Part shown: piece after piece, positions 12,499 through 27,829 of the stretch
Numbering within the stretch: the stretch's first letter is position 1
Layout of the letters: each line of letters starts with the position of its first letter
Assembly: GCF_964204645.1 (NCBI RefSeq)
Contig: NC_134026.1
Coordinates: forward strand, 22,602,150 to 22,666,149
DNA from: Tubulanus polymorphus
Lineage: Eukaryota > Animalia > Nemertea
DNA: 64,000 nucleotides
Direction: 5' to 3'
The notes under the pieces: generated by a model
The model's database searches: none
Seen by the model: only the letters and a program-made list of their open reading frames with translations
Told to the model about the DNA's origin: nothing
Program-made: the position numbers and the translations under genes

Positions 12499-15400
12499 AA
12501 TGTGTCAGATGCTTCGAATATTAACTATAAATCATAGAACCTCTAGAATGATATCATTATAGGTTTCCAGTTTTATAGGGTTCCTACGTTTCCATTGTAC
12601 ATTTGTAAAATGCATGTATTTAATCTTATTTGCCCTCCATACATAATATATCATCATTTTAGATGTTATGATTTTTGACTCAGCCACGTTATTTATAAAA
12701 AAAGAATTTCTATTTTTGTAGAATAAAGTATGGACCTACGTTTTAATTGTTTAGAAAATAATAAAATATTTTTTTAGATAACTTAAGATTTGTGTGTGTT
12801 TTCGATTTCTCTTCATTTTCGTTTACCGTTGATTAAAACCTCGTTGCACAACATTTGCCTTTCTTGCAATTGTGTTGAAAGGACAGAATTCATTGAAATT
12901 AAAAACTTGGTGAAATCATGCCTTTTTACCGTTTTCCCCGATGCAATCTGAGGCACTTGTAAGACCGACTGCGTTTATTTCATTCAACTAACTTCTGGTT
13001 AATTTTCGTAACGTTCACAGTCATCGTCTGTCCGACGATACTTTGAGGCACGTGTTTCCTACTAGATAATATTTATTTATGATGAGAGTTACGCGATATT
13101 CGTAATATGATTTTCTGTCAGCAATTACCGCAGACCCACCAACGAGAGTGGAAGCATGAAACATTGACAGGTTTTATCAGCTGTTTTCATAAGAAGTTTC
13201 ACCAGCTAACTAGTTGAAACATTGTGCAGATAGCCGACTTGCAAGAAACGCTTCAAGAACGTCTTCGTTCGCCACTGAATTCTGAATGAACAAACTAAGT
13301 GTCTACATCAACGCGAAAAGATAATATACTCTCTGGCAAATTTAACTGTAGTTTATTGTTGTTTGTTAATAAACATGCTAAAAAGTTCCCGTACACATGT
13401 TCATTGTCACTTTTTATATACATTCCGTTGGGAGCTCTTACGCGCCAATGATAGGATGCACAAGTTAGACGCACAAAAAAAACAATACAATCTCCCAAAA
13501 AATGAAAACCTACAAGTTAGTCCTCGTTTTTAACTCACGCATCTCTTCATTGAAAGCACTTGGAATCTTTTCCGTTCACTCATGATATAGAGTACGTGCA
13601 TTTGGGAATTGAAGGGAATTGGAAGTATCAAAGGGACTTCGCTCACTCCTATTATTACACTTTCTTTAATCATGATGTTCTTTCCCTGGTTGCAACTGAC
13701 GATGTTATTTAATATATCGTCTGCTCACACTACCTTTATATCTAATTGCCATCTGGAATTGATGAAACCGCTAGTTTTCAACCACAAAAAAAAAAACATC
13801 TGATGCTCGATCGTAAATTCTGTCATAACTGCACGACTGCGCAGGCTACATCGTTTGAGAGGTCCGTTCTAAGAAGTAAACAATATCTATTTCATATTTC
13901 AAAGCAGTCCGAATTATATATATATATATAGGCGATAAATGTATGAAATTGATGATAGTGGCAATTTATAGACAACTATCATACAAGTATATATATAATG
14001 CATCTTTGGTATACATGACATAATGTAGAATTAGAATAGAAATATTTAATGTGAAATGCGCGTAAGTACTGATGTTAACGACACTCGCGTTGTCACCGGG
14101 TGCGACATCAGTATATATATCTGAAATATCATTATTCCCGTACGTAGCACGTAAGCTTGAATTATATATTCATTTAAGGCTCAGAATGATTATCCTGGTA
14201 CTTTAAAGTACTTTATATTGAAGTAAATTATCGAAATCAGAGAAGAAAAATTTCCGTCAGAATGTCTATACAAAACGAGGTCTTTGAGTCCCAGTATACA
14301 TACAAAATATTCCGACGTGTTGATTTGGAGTAAACTGATGGTAACATAATTGTACCAATTTTTTCGAGATAGTTCTGACAACCATTCATTTCCCCGGATG
14401 ATCATCGCTGATTAGTTAACGCGTGGAGGCTCTCAGCAGCTGGCACAGAAGTACAGTTGGAGTTTCTCGGATGGTTAATACGTGCGCTTCTTGTCGCGTC
14501 GTGTGTTTCGTAAAGATCGCTTGACAGGTAAGTCAAATTCTGTATGATATAATATAAAGCCTTTGACTCAAATTCAAATTTACGTAAATTTCCCAGCCAC
14601 CGAACTGGAGCATACTTGGTCGTATGATGGCTTTTGCGACATGAAGAGAAGTAGCGACTAGAACCCTGGCGTTTGGATCAATTTTATCATCATCATATTT
14701 ATTAATTTCTTTAAATATGGTTGTCGTATCATTTTACGGCGTATGCTTATTTTGCGATCCGCCACTTTCTCGAACGTTTACATTGTCATCAAATAAGGTG
14801 CACAAAAACCTGAACGTGTAGCTTTCATCATGAATTTCCTTATTACATTTCTAGCTACAAATCCGATACTTGAGTTCATCGACTTTTCCCGATGGTTTAT
14901 GAAAGACTTTCGGGTCCACAAACAATAGTCGTCAATCTCGGATATCGTTCATATCTGAAGACTGTTCAATCAATCAACAATATTGATTTTTTAGAAAAGA
15001 ACATTTCTAATAGGAATTCAAGTAGAAATTTACATCAATCCAGATCACCAAATATGTATATATCTGCAAATAGAGGGCCGTTTACCGGTATGTATATATA
15101 TTGCATAAACTATTTCACTTTTTGGAGACCTTGTGAGCTTCGTGCAATACCACGCTATTGGTTATGATAATAATGATAATCTTTATTTTTCAAAGAAATT
15201 GAAACAATTTATAACATAATATAAATACATGAATATAAAAACAAGGATGAAATGTATCGATATCAAGTGAAAGAATCCAGTGCCTGAGGTAACACGATAA
15301 CATTCACACACTAACATATTCAAGTATAGAAAGCAGGACTAAAAATGATTGTTGATGAAATAATGGTTGATGGACTAATAATAACGAATGCAATGATATT

Positions 15401-18074
15401 TACAATCTCTCGGATTTCTACATCAGATTGAGAAAGATGCGTTGTACGGAAACGTATTTGGAACTCGGTGATTCCCGGAGGAGATATCACGATGGAATTA
15501 TTTCGGTAAAACAAGATGCGTTCGATACTAACTCAAAAATATTTCATTGTCGATTCGACAATGGACATACGTATAATCTAGTTTTTACGTCCATGATTGG
15601 ACTAATTGGATAAAACTAACAAAACACAGATGGGACTCCACATGGTGCATCGATTCATAATCGAATGTGAGATTCTGATGAATCGTTGTTTTATCTCTCG
15701 GGTACTGAATCACCGAGAAGATTCTAATCTAATTTTTTGCGTATTACACGGAAATATCATATTAATAACTCGATCGGTAATCGAGTTCACAGCGTTCAAC
15801 ACGTACATCCATTCGACTCGATCAAATTCTCTGTGAGTCCATTGATTCTAAAACAAATTTTAGAGTCCTGATAAAGGTTAACACTGTGGTCTTATCGAGT
15901 AGAGTGTATTCGATTAGAATCCATAATATCTGACTACCAACGACCAATAATCACTAACGATCACTAAGTCCGCAATTTCATACATCTTTTTTTCTACCAA
16001 ATAGATGGTCGCGACTGCTCTACATCTCCCTCATATCTCTCCCAGAGCTCTCTTCTCACTCTGAAATATCACGCCTAAACATCATCTTGGTTAATGATTA
16101 CATTCAGATTTTGGCTATATTTGGAAATTTTAACTCAACCCAATGATAACTGCACATCCTCAATTGGGTGATAAATTCCGAAAAATAATTAATTGCTGTG
16201 GAATTTCAAAACCAGAATTTCATCACAAGCCATGGAAATAAATGTTAGCGCTTTCATTGTCTTTCGCCTCGTGTGATTTGGGCTCACTTTAATCGCCATT
16301 TGCATTGGCTATTTTCTCTTCAACAGATGTGGATAAACAGAATATACCTCGATCGACGATGTTCGATGTTGATTGTCAGTAATTAGAAAGGATTTTTAAA
16401 TTACTGTTGTCAACAGCCGTTGATCCATACTTGATTGTCAACAGCCGTTGATCCATTCGATAATGCACAAATGCTTACGTATTCGATTGTCCACTAAATT
16501 CTGGATTAATAAGTAGCGAAATAGGGACATACCCTTCACGTGGAAATTTTCAAGTACCCCTGTTGATAGATTTATTCATTTGATTGGTACATTTTGTTTG
16601 ATTTGTTTGATTCAGTGTCCCTTACTTACCATACCTGCCAGGAGCTAAATAGGGGGGTTTGATTTTGAAATCGAAAATCAAAGTACAGATAAAGTTGTGT
16701 GATCGACGGTCGAAATTACAGAATTTTTTGTTTCAATCGAAGTAGGCCTACATACTTGGAGATTTCCTTTTTCCCAAGACATCTACGGCATATACTGGTA
16801 CCGAAGTCTATAGAATTAAATACAATGTATACATAACGTAGAATTTTTTATTCCGTAACTTCTTTCCCGTTTCTGTTTTACGCCATAGTTCATCACAAAC
16901 TGCATATTTCCCTTAGTTTTTTTGTTGACGTTATTTTTTTGGTCAAATATCATTCTATTCGACACCGATGTTCTGGGTAGTTTCGGTAAGCAACTCCACG
17001 GCGGAATGCCTTCTGTAAATATTTTTCAGCGTAACCAAAATAACCAAATCAGTTCATAAATGAAGGCAGCTCGCCCGTTCTTAATGGCAGAAAAACAGGA
17101 TCACTTATACAACGAAAAACTGTTAACGTATGAAAACAACCTCTGGCATGTTTGTACAACACTTCTTGTTATCGGCCCTACTCGTCGAAAAACATATTTC
17201 TAAAAGGAATAAGGGGGGTATATGATGCCATGGGTGATTGATACGATATTTAACAAATTGTATATGTGTATATGCGGACTTTTGTTTGCAGTCTGCATGT
17301 CAAAAACCTTTGAATAACATTTAGAAAATGCGCGGTATTTCGTTTGTTTTTATTCTTTACGCAACCATTCATCAAATTCTGGAACGTATCCGCCGCCGTT
17401 GTATCTCAATTTGTCTAGTTAAAGCGGTCTCGAGCACCTGACTCGTGCCTGTTAGTCGAACTCTCTCCCATACTTCAAATGAAGGCACTACCGACGTTTT
17501 GAGTTTTTTGTTTCGAAGTTTTTTTTTGTAAAGTATTGTTCGATTCTCATTTGTAAGTCTTCTACTATAGATCTATTTTCCCCATTCATTCCACGGGATC
17601 GAGAATTGCCGTAGTGAATGGATACTACAAACGTTATGAAAAACCCTATGCTGCTAATTAAATGGTACTGCCATTTTAAAATCCAAGCAAGAGATTATAC
17701 TTTCTCACAGTTTCCTGCCGTGAATTTAGTTAACTTTGACCGCTAACCAATTTCTAAAACGGCGTACCGGGCAGCTGTCTGCAGTTGCTGGATCGCCGGT
17801 TGTCAATATACGTTACGTTTATTCCTTGGTTGGTGGATATATTGCGTTTGCTCAAACAATTTGTTAAATTATCAGAATTCGAGAGATGACAAAAAAACAA
17901 CGTTATGACGATGAAGGAATCACCGGGGTCAGAAATATGTTACTTTATTTCACCTGAGAGCGGCATAAAATCTTCGACCATCATCACAGGATATCTGTTC
18001 TAACCCAAATTTCGCTGTGGCACAAAAACGCATAGAATCTTTTTTCTAAAGATGACAACAATTTTTTGCTATAC

Positions 18075-18125
18075 TACGATTACGATTACGACGATTACGA
18101 TTACGATTACGATTACGATTACGAT
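18075..18125. repeat. (TACGAT)n microsatellite
   Basis: About 8 units. It produces the spurious poly-TI ORF at 18052. Confidence 0.95.
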
Positions 18126-18310
18126 GGCTATCAGTCCACCGCTTCTGCCAAACTTTCCAATTAAAATCTCCGATGTAATTACTTATTTCTTTTTTCGTTC
18201 ACTTTCCTCGCACGTCCTTGTCTATCTGCCTTTATTAAAGTGTCTTTGTATATAGGTATTGATAATTTTGATTCTTACGTATTTCAGAATAGTTGACGAT
18301 TGGATTCAAG

Positions 18311-19669
18311 ATGGTGATAAGAAAGCGTCAACTGAGGCAATTTCTTTTGATTGTGATGGGATTTTGGGGTGTACTTTTCATAACGCTTCGATTGTATACC
18401 GGGCCAAGCGAATTCATTTACATGCGGGATATCGCACTCGCAACAACTACCGTTACTTTTACGATCCCAAAACCGCTAAAACCAAAGGCGCCATTCTTTC
18501 AAAAGCTCGATGATGGCAAAATACCGTATTGTAACAAGTCAGTCGATGTTTACAACGAGATGATTTTAGTGTCAAAGGGCGCCGAGATAGAAACACGTTT
18601 AGCGGTTGGAAGTCCTGGCGGCGAGGATCCGACTAGTGTTCTAAACCGTAACGAACGCGACGAGCATTATACACTTTCCCCGGGTTTCTTTAGAATGACT
18701 TGCAATCAGTTTCGAGTGAAGAACAACTGGCGACGCAGCGTATTGCCGATTAAAAGAAGGACAGCGGACGAGACGAACTACGTGAATTACGTAGCAGGTG
18801 CCACGGTCATCGTGGAAAGGAATGAATATGCTAACGTCTATTGGACACTTATCGATATCTATAACGTGTTTATCGTTTTGAAATTTTTAGAATTCGATCC
18901 TGGTAATGCTGTTATACTCCTTCTCGACGGTCACCCGAGCGGTCCGTTAGATCCGTTATGGACAACTATATTCCGCTCCGTTTTACGGGTGAAAGACTTG
19001 AAACCGATCGCTAAATTTGAAACTTTAATCTGGATGTTCGATCGCAGCAAATCTCCACTATTGAAACAATCGCAACAACATATTCCGCTCATCGATAGAT
19101 TTCGCGAGTTCGTTTTGTCGAAATTCGGCGCGAAACACGCCGCACTTGCCGATAAATGCCGTGCAAATAGGACTTTGCAAATGACATTCGTTTGGCGGCG
19201 CGATTATCTGAACCATCCAAGGAATCCTGAAAAGATAATTGGTCGTAAGATATCTAACGAAGAAGAGCTTATATCGACTGCCAGGAGGCTGCATCCAAAT
19301 TTCGTGGTGAATGGGGTTCAGCTGGATGCGCTTCCGATACACGAACAGATATCAGTCATTGCAACTACTGATATACTAATCGGAATGCATGGGGCTGCTT
19401 TGGCCTTCAGCATGTTCCAACCTTGGGGCGGCGGTTTGATTGAGCTGTATCCGATGAGCTACGGAAGTTTCAGGAATTGGCATATGGAATATATCGCCAA
19501 ATGGAGCGGCGTTTTGTACGAATCGTGGCAAAGTAAGGTTATGTCGGATGAAAATATAATGACGAAGTCGTCATACATTCCGCCTTATACCGTAATGCGA
19601 TTCGTGAAAAATATGACAGATCGCATTTGCTCGAATCAGATTTTGAGGATAAGTACATATTCTGGATAA
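18311..19669 (+). CDS. Glycosyltransferase family 61 (DUF563) type II membrane protein, similar to plant beta-1,2-xylosyltransferase
   Basis: Intronless CDS from ATG 18311, after the acceptor at 18287. N-terminal TM segment FLLIVMGFWGVLFITL. Motifs RNEYAN, DGHP, RRDYLNHPR, RKISNEEEL and IGMHGAAL. Probable 5' UTR exon ends at donor CAG|GTAAGT at 14527/14528. Confidence 0.9.
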   Translation: MVIRKRQLRQFLLIVMGFWGVLFITLRLYTGPSEFIYMRDIALATTTVTFTIPKPLKPKAPFFQKLDDGKIPYCNKSVDVYNEMILVSKGAEIETRLAVGSPGGEDPTSVLNRNERDEHYTLSPGFFRMTCNQFRVKNNWRRSVLPIKRRTADETNYVNYVAGATVIVERNEYANVYWTLIDIYNVFIVLKFLEFDPGNAVILLLDGHPSGPLDPLWTTIFRSVLRVKDLKPIAKFETLIWMFDRSKSPLLKQSQQHIPLIDRFREFVLSKFGAKHAALADKCRANRTLQMTFVWRRDYLNHPRNPEKIIGRKISNEEELISTARRLHPNFVVNGVQLDALPIHEQISVIATTDILIGMHGAALAFSMFQPWGGGLIELYPMSYGSFRNWHMEYIAKWSGVLYESWQSKVMSDENIMTKSSYIPPYTVMRFVKNMTDRICSNQILRISTYSG

Positions 19670-21507
19670 GAGTGTTATCTTGGTACCAAATACCAGTGCG
19701 TCGCCGAAACATAATGCAAGGGTTTTCGATGCAGCAATAACTTACTTACACATTCCTTGTATATCTGAGTCATTTAACGTTTTGTTTGAATAAATTATAA
19801 TATAAATTTTAAATAAAGTAAAATAAATAAATTAAATAAAGTTATTTGTTGCTTTGAAAGCGTTCCTGTCTATTTGATATAGTTCTAATTGCCAATATCA
19901 AGTAATTCTTTCTTGCTGAGTATGATTAACGCCTTAATGGAGCGTGCATGGTGCACGGAGAGATGGGTGCTGGATCGTTTTTAAGGATATGCTGACGGTA
20001 ACGTTTTTACTCTCAATTTCACATACTCGGTGTGTGTTAAACACACTCGCTACAACCACAATTTAATCGTCCAGGTATCGTTAAATCGATCTGAGCGCAG
20101 ATGTTTTCCTCAGATGAGTAGACGGTATGATTGTCGGGATCGATGTTGGACCATTTAAAGGATGTAAAGTTTGTATACAGTTTACAATCAAACTGCTGTT
20201 TAGAGGGCATAGGTTTACGCGTAAAGCAGATGGAAAATGGTAAATATTGTTTCACATGTTGCATCAGAGACGGTACCTACCACGGTTTCAATCACTGATA
20301 CTTAGCAATCAAAAATCTTTTAGTTTCCAGTTACATTACGATCGGATAAAAATATAAACGTAGTAAGTTCATCTATTTAGGTTGTTAAAAATCAGTTTGA
20401 CAGAGTGCTCTTTATATTAATAACGCCGCACAGAAGTTCGCCATTCAACCGCGGTCCGATCTGCAGGATTCTGATTCAAGATCAGATAATCGATGGCATT
20501 ATATTACCTCATTATTGCAATAACAACCTCAACAATTCGGTGTGCCCACCTTGTGGTACTAGCCATGACTTGTTAGTTTATTTCACGGAAAATACAAGAA
20601 TTTAAGAAATCATATGATCTTAATTTTCTTACAAGCACGATTTCAGAGGAGAAAATTATGTGAACTTACTAACTGCATGCCTTAAGTCGCGATTAGACAG
20701 TGACTTGGCCTGGCCAAATTGAGGTCCGCGAGTTAATTTTGGCCCAGCACATTCTGAAGTGTAAAGCACTGACTCACTCGATACTAACTGAACAATGCGA
20801 ACTGAATGCGGAAATCAAGTGCGGAAAAAGTGGCAATTACGTTGACCCGTGCGAAAGTTAGGCTCCGGGCCTGTCCGACATTTTCGTCGGGCCAAACAGG
20901 CACGCGGATCCATTTGGAACTCGCCCGGGCCAGAAATGCTCATGCCCTGACAGGATATGGAAAATCAGGGATTTTTTCACCCGGCTCGGTGGATGGCTAT
21001 TTGCACCAGTTCTTGGTCATATAACTAGTCTTTGGAGGAGTGATTTTGTCGTAGTTGGTCCCAACTTCAAAATCACCTCGCGTACCGGCCGATCCGGAAT
21101 GGCCCGCCGTTTCACCATGTACCGTACAGTAGCGCCACGATTCTCCTTTGGGCAACTGAGTGTCATTGAATTGAATTGAATGAGCCTCAAGGACGTAGAC
21201 CGATAAAACAATCCAAAACAATGTAATATTTTTGATACCACAATTAATCACCTAAATATATCACAGGTAAGCCTGGAATCAGGATGCCGATAAATTAATC
21301 AATACGGTATTTTAAATGGAGCAGAATTTGGTTTTCTTGAAATCCGTTAGAAAAATACATCGTAAAGTGCTTCACATACAACAGTAACACAGTTCTCATG
21401 GTTCTGCTGAGCCTGGACCTGTTCTATTAACTATTCTATTAACTGTTGATGATGGTGCCGCCTGTGTTATGCATTATATTTTATCTATTTCAAATGAACT
21501 AACAGCT

Positions 21508-23596
21508 ATGTCTGTGGGAAGAACTGGTGGTCGTGTCATTCAAACATTCCGTGATGCATTCACATTTGCTACTAAAGATGTAACTCAGTGGTTTCCAGGG
21601 CATATGAATAAAGGTAAAAATGCATGAATAAATGAATATAGGCCTATTTCTTGCCTTATCATGTTTGAGGAAATATTGAATTTGTTCCTTTTATTATCTT
21701 TTTTGCAGGGATGAAACAAATGCAGTCAAAATTGAAGCATGTCGATTGCATTATTGAAGTGCAAGATGCCAGGGTATCCTTTGTAAACATAATTGGCTAA
21801 AAAAATTGCTGCCTATCTACCGTGTACATAACTTTTTAAAAAATCATGATCAAGCTAACTATAAAAGACTCGGCAGCTATCAACTGATTACAAATTATAT
21901 TGTGATTTACAAAATGACCCAGCTGGGTAGGAAAACAATGTATCATTTATTTAGCCGAACTAAAACTTGGACAGATTTAATAAATGTATCTTTATCCTTG
22001 ATTGCTGTGTTATCTCAGATACCATTTACAGGACGTAATCCTAAATTTGAGAGTCATCTTATGATCCGACCACATTTGTTGTTGCTGAATAAAGTTGATT
22101 TAGCAGATATGACTCGCAAATCTGAAATTGTCGCGAAGCTCAAAGAATATGGCGTCGGAAATATCCTCTTTGCGAACTCTAAAAGAGATTTTGATAATAC
22201 TATAAAATATAAGGTTCGTTCATCTGAAATCTTCAGAATTTTTTCATCAAATGAAAAAGATATCAACTTTTTTATTCTTATTATTCTTCATCCTGAAGCT
22301 GATACCGAAGGTTATGGAACTAATAAAGAACAGTCCAAGATATCATCGTCAAGAGGTAAGCTGATTACGGTAACATTCATGGGCTGTATGATTTATTGTT
22401 CCAGATTTATTACAATGGATTTTTTTCCATTAGGCCTATGACGAACTGAAACAGAAACCAAATTGAAATGTTGTGAAACATATTGAAGCTGGGTCCTGAA
22501 AGTTGTTCACAGAAGGTTGTTCAAATGACACGTCAAAATCTTTATCAATTCTATTTTAGAGTCAGGATTATAATCTACTCGTAATCGGAGTGCCAAATGT
22601 TGGTAAATCATCATTCATCAATTCGATGAGACGAATGCATCTTAAAAAAGGTGCGTCACTCGAAGTCAGTCGATAAGATTTTTAATAAAATGAACATGAA
22701 TATCATAGTATAATTTTTGCACAGGTAAAGCTACAAGAGTTGGGGGAGTGGCTGGTGTTACGCGAAGTGTTCTCGAAAAAATAACCGTATGTTCATTTAT
22801 TTCATTCCATATTTAAGAGATATTGGGTAATGATTAGTCGATATCATGGCAATTGGTTTAAATTTTTTTGTAGGTTAGCGCGTATCCTAGAATGTATCTG
22901 CTCGATACACCAGGAATATTGTCACCAGATGTACGAAATGTTGAAGTAGGAATGAGACTAGCTCTATGTTGTACGTATATGATGTTGTTGTTGGGGGGGC
23001 TGTATTCATTCAAAATTTGCTGAATTTATATAAACATGATATCCATTTTAGCTACATTACAAGATCACCTGGTTGGTCCTGAAATAATAGCCGATTATAT
23101 GCTTTACTGGTTGAACAAGCACAACCGATTTGAGTAAGAATTCATTTGATGACAAAGTATCGAAACTTTTCGATCTTCTTTTAGCTCGTAACCCATTGAT
23201 TTTTTTGGTTCCAGGTATGTGTCACATTATGGTTTAGAATCTCCGACTGATGACATAATGGAATTACTCGGACACATAGCAAAATCTAGAAACTACTCAA
23301 TCAAAATTAGATCTCTTACTCGTAAGTTACAAATACATGTTTACAGAATTATTTTTTTTCATGTGTTCAGCCAATTTTTCCTTAACTCCGCAGACATTGT
23401 TAGGGTTTGTGATTTTCAAGAGTAGCTTTGCAAACTCTGATAATTACATGTTTGTTTGTATATTGTAGAACTAGGGTTAACAATACGCCCGGATTTAAAT
23501 CGAACTGCTAACGTTGTGCTACAAGATTTTCGAAATGGGACGTTTGGAAGAATAATGCTAGATACAGACTATCTATCACAGGATAGCGAAACGTGA
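21508..23596 (+). CDS. MTG1: Mitochondrial ribosome-associated GTPase 1 (RbgA/YlqF family), about 10 coding exons
   Basis: Spliced translation gives WFPGHMNK, EVQDAR-IPFTGRNP, LNKVDL (G4), GVPNVGKSS (G1), GVTR (G2), LLDTPG (G3) and ends DFRNGTFGRIMLD...SET*. Confidence 0.95.
21774..22018 (+). other. U12-type (minor spliceosome) GT-AG intron in MTG1
   Basis: 5' splice site GTATCCTTT. Branch-point-like TTATCCTTGAT ends about 16 nt upstream of the intron end. Splicing restores DAR|IPF. Confidence 0.85.
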
Positions 23597-24066
23597 CAAT
23601 GTATTTTTTTGTGTTCACTTGTTATGTGATCATGTATGTAATAAGTAATAATAAACTTGATTCTACTAATGAATTTTCTGGATGTGTGGATCTGAGGAAA
23701 ATTATCTGAATCAATGGACACCACATGAACCCCTTTGATGGCATCAATCGGTCTTAGCACATTGTAGGAACCTAGCTGAATCCAGCTACTGCTTACACAA
23801 GGCTTATCAGTATCACATGGGTGAATCTACGTTTATCCACTTAAGGAAGGTATTTTTCATATAGTAAATGTAAAACTGAAAGCAATTGTGTCTATCAAAT
23901 AACTATCAGACACAGCTGGGCCTTTTCCGTATGTCTAACTTACTCTGGGAAATGATTAACTGGGAATTCATCTATCCAAAAAGAAATGCAATACTGATTC
24001 ATAATACAAAATAAATTGCGTATATATATTTTCTTCTTTAAATTAATATAAACCTCTACATGGATA

Positions 24067-27277
<3,211 letters not shown>

Positions 27278-27460
27278 CTTCACATTCGCGATTGCCGACG
27301 TTGTGAAATTAAATTGAATGCGTCCACCATTTTGAAATCATGTGACCCCTGTCAGCTCTTTACCGATTATTTCCGCAACTCAAGGTCGTCGCGTACGGCG
27401 TTGTTTACTTCCGGGTTCCTGTCACTAATGAATTTAAGAATTATACCTGTCTAATTTCAT
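27278..27460. promoter_or_regulatory. Probable bidirectional promoter between PIGA and the NLR gene
   Basis: Head-to-head genes with ATGs about 550 bp apart. CpG-richer patch with YY1-like CCACCATTTT (about 27325), E-box CATGTGAC (about 27339) and ETS ACTTCCGG (about 27407). Confidence 0.55.
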
Positions 27461-27829
27461 TGGCTACAACCAACCAAGTTGCTCAAATAATGGTATATAT
27501 TTATGTATTTTGAAACCAAAGAGTTTGTTCAACCCACAGGGGCCTGATGCAAAAGGTTTTGGGCCCCAGTGTCGATCCCTAATTGTTTTCAGATTCTCTC
27601 TCAGACTCTCATAAAAAATCTCAACTCAACAACAATTAATCATCGATCAGACCCAGAGTTCATATTGCCATCTTTCAGGGATTTGCCCTCTGTTCATTTT
27701 TAAGAGGATGTTCATTTATATCATTTCTCATATCATTGTTTTGAATTGATAAAAGTCTGCTCACGCAGTGTAAATTATATATATATAACCAAAATCATTG
27801 AATTTCATTTATCAGCTAAAGAATGCAAG

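Noticed and set aside
15165-15900. Possible decayed LINE fragment in the GT61 5' intron
   Set aside because: Only a faint resemblance (NLIFCVLHG); no continuous reverse-transcriptase motif could be read.
20037-21251. Small Cys-containing or signal-peptide-like minus-strand ORFs (20037-20264, 20997-21251)
   Set aside because: The 21251 ORF has no ATG start and overlaps the probable MTG1 5' exon (donor at about 21267). I could not join consistent exon phases into a gene.
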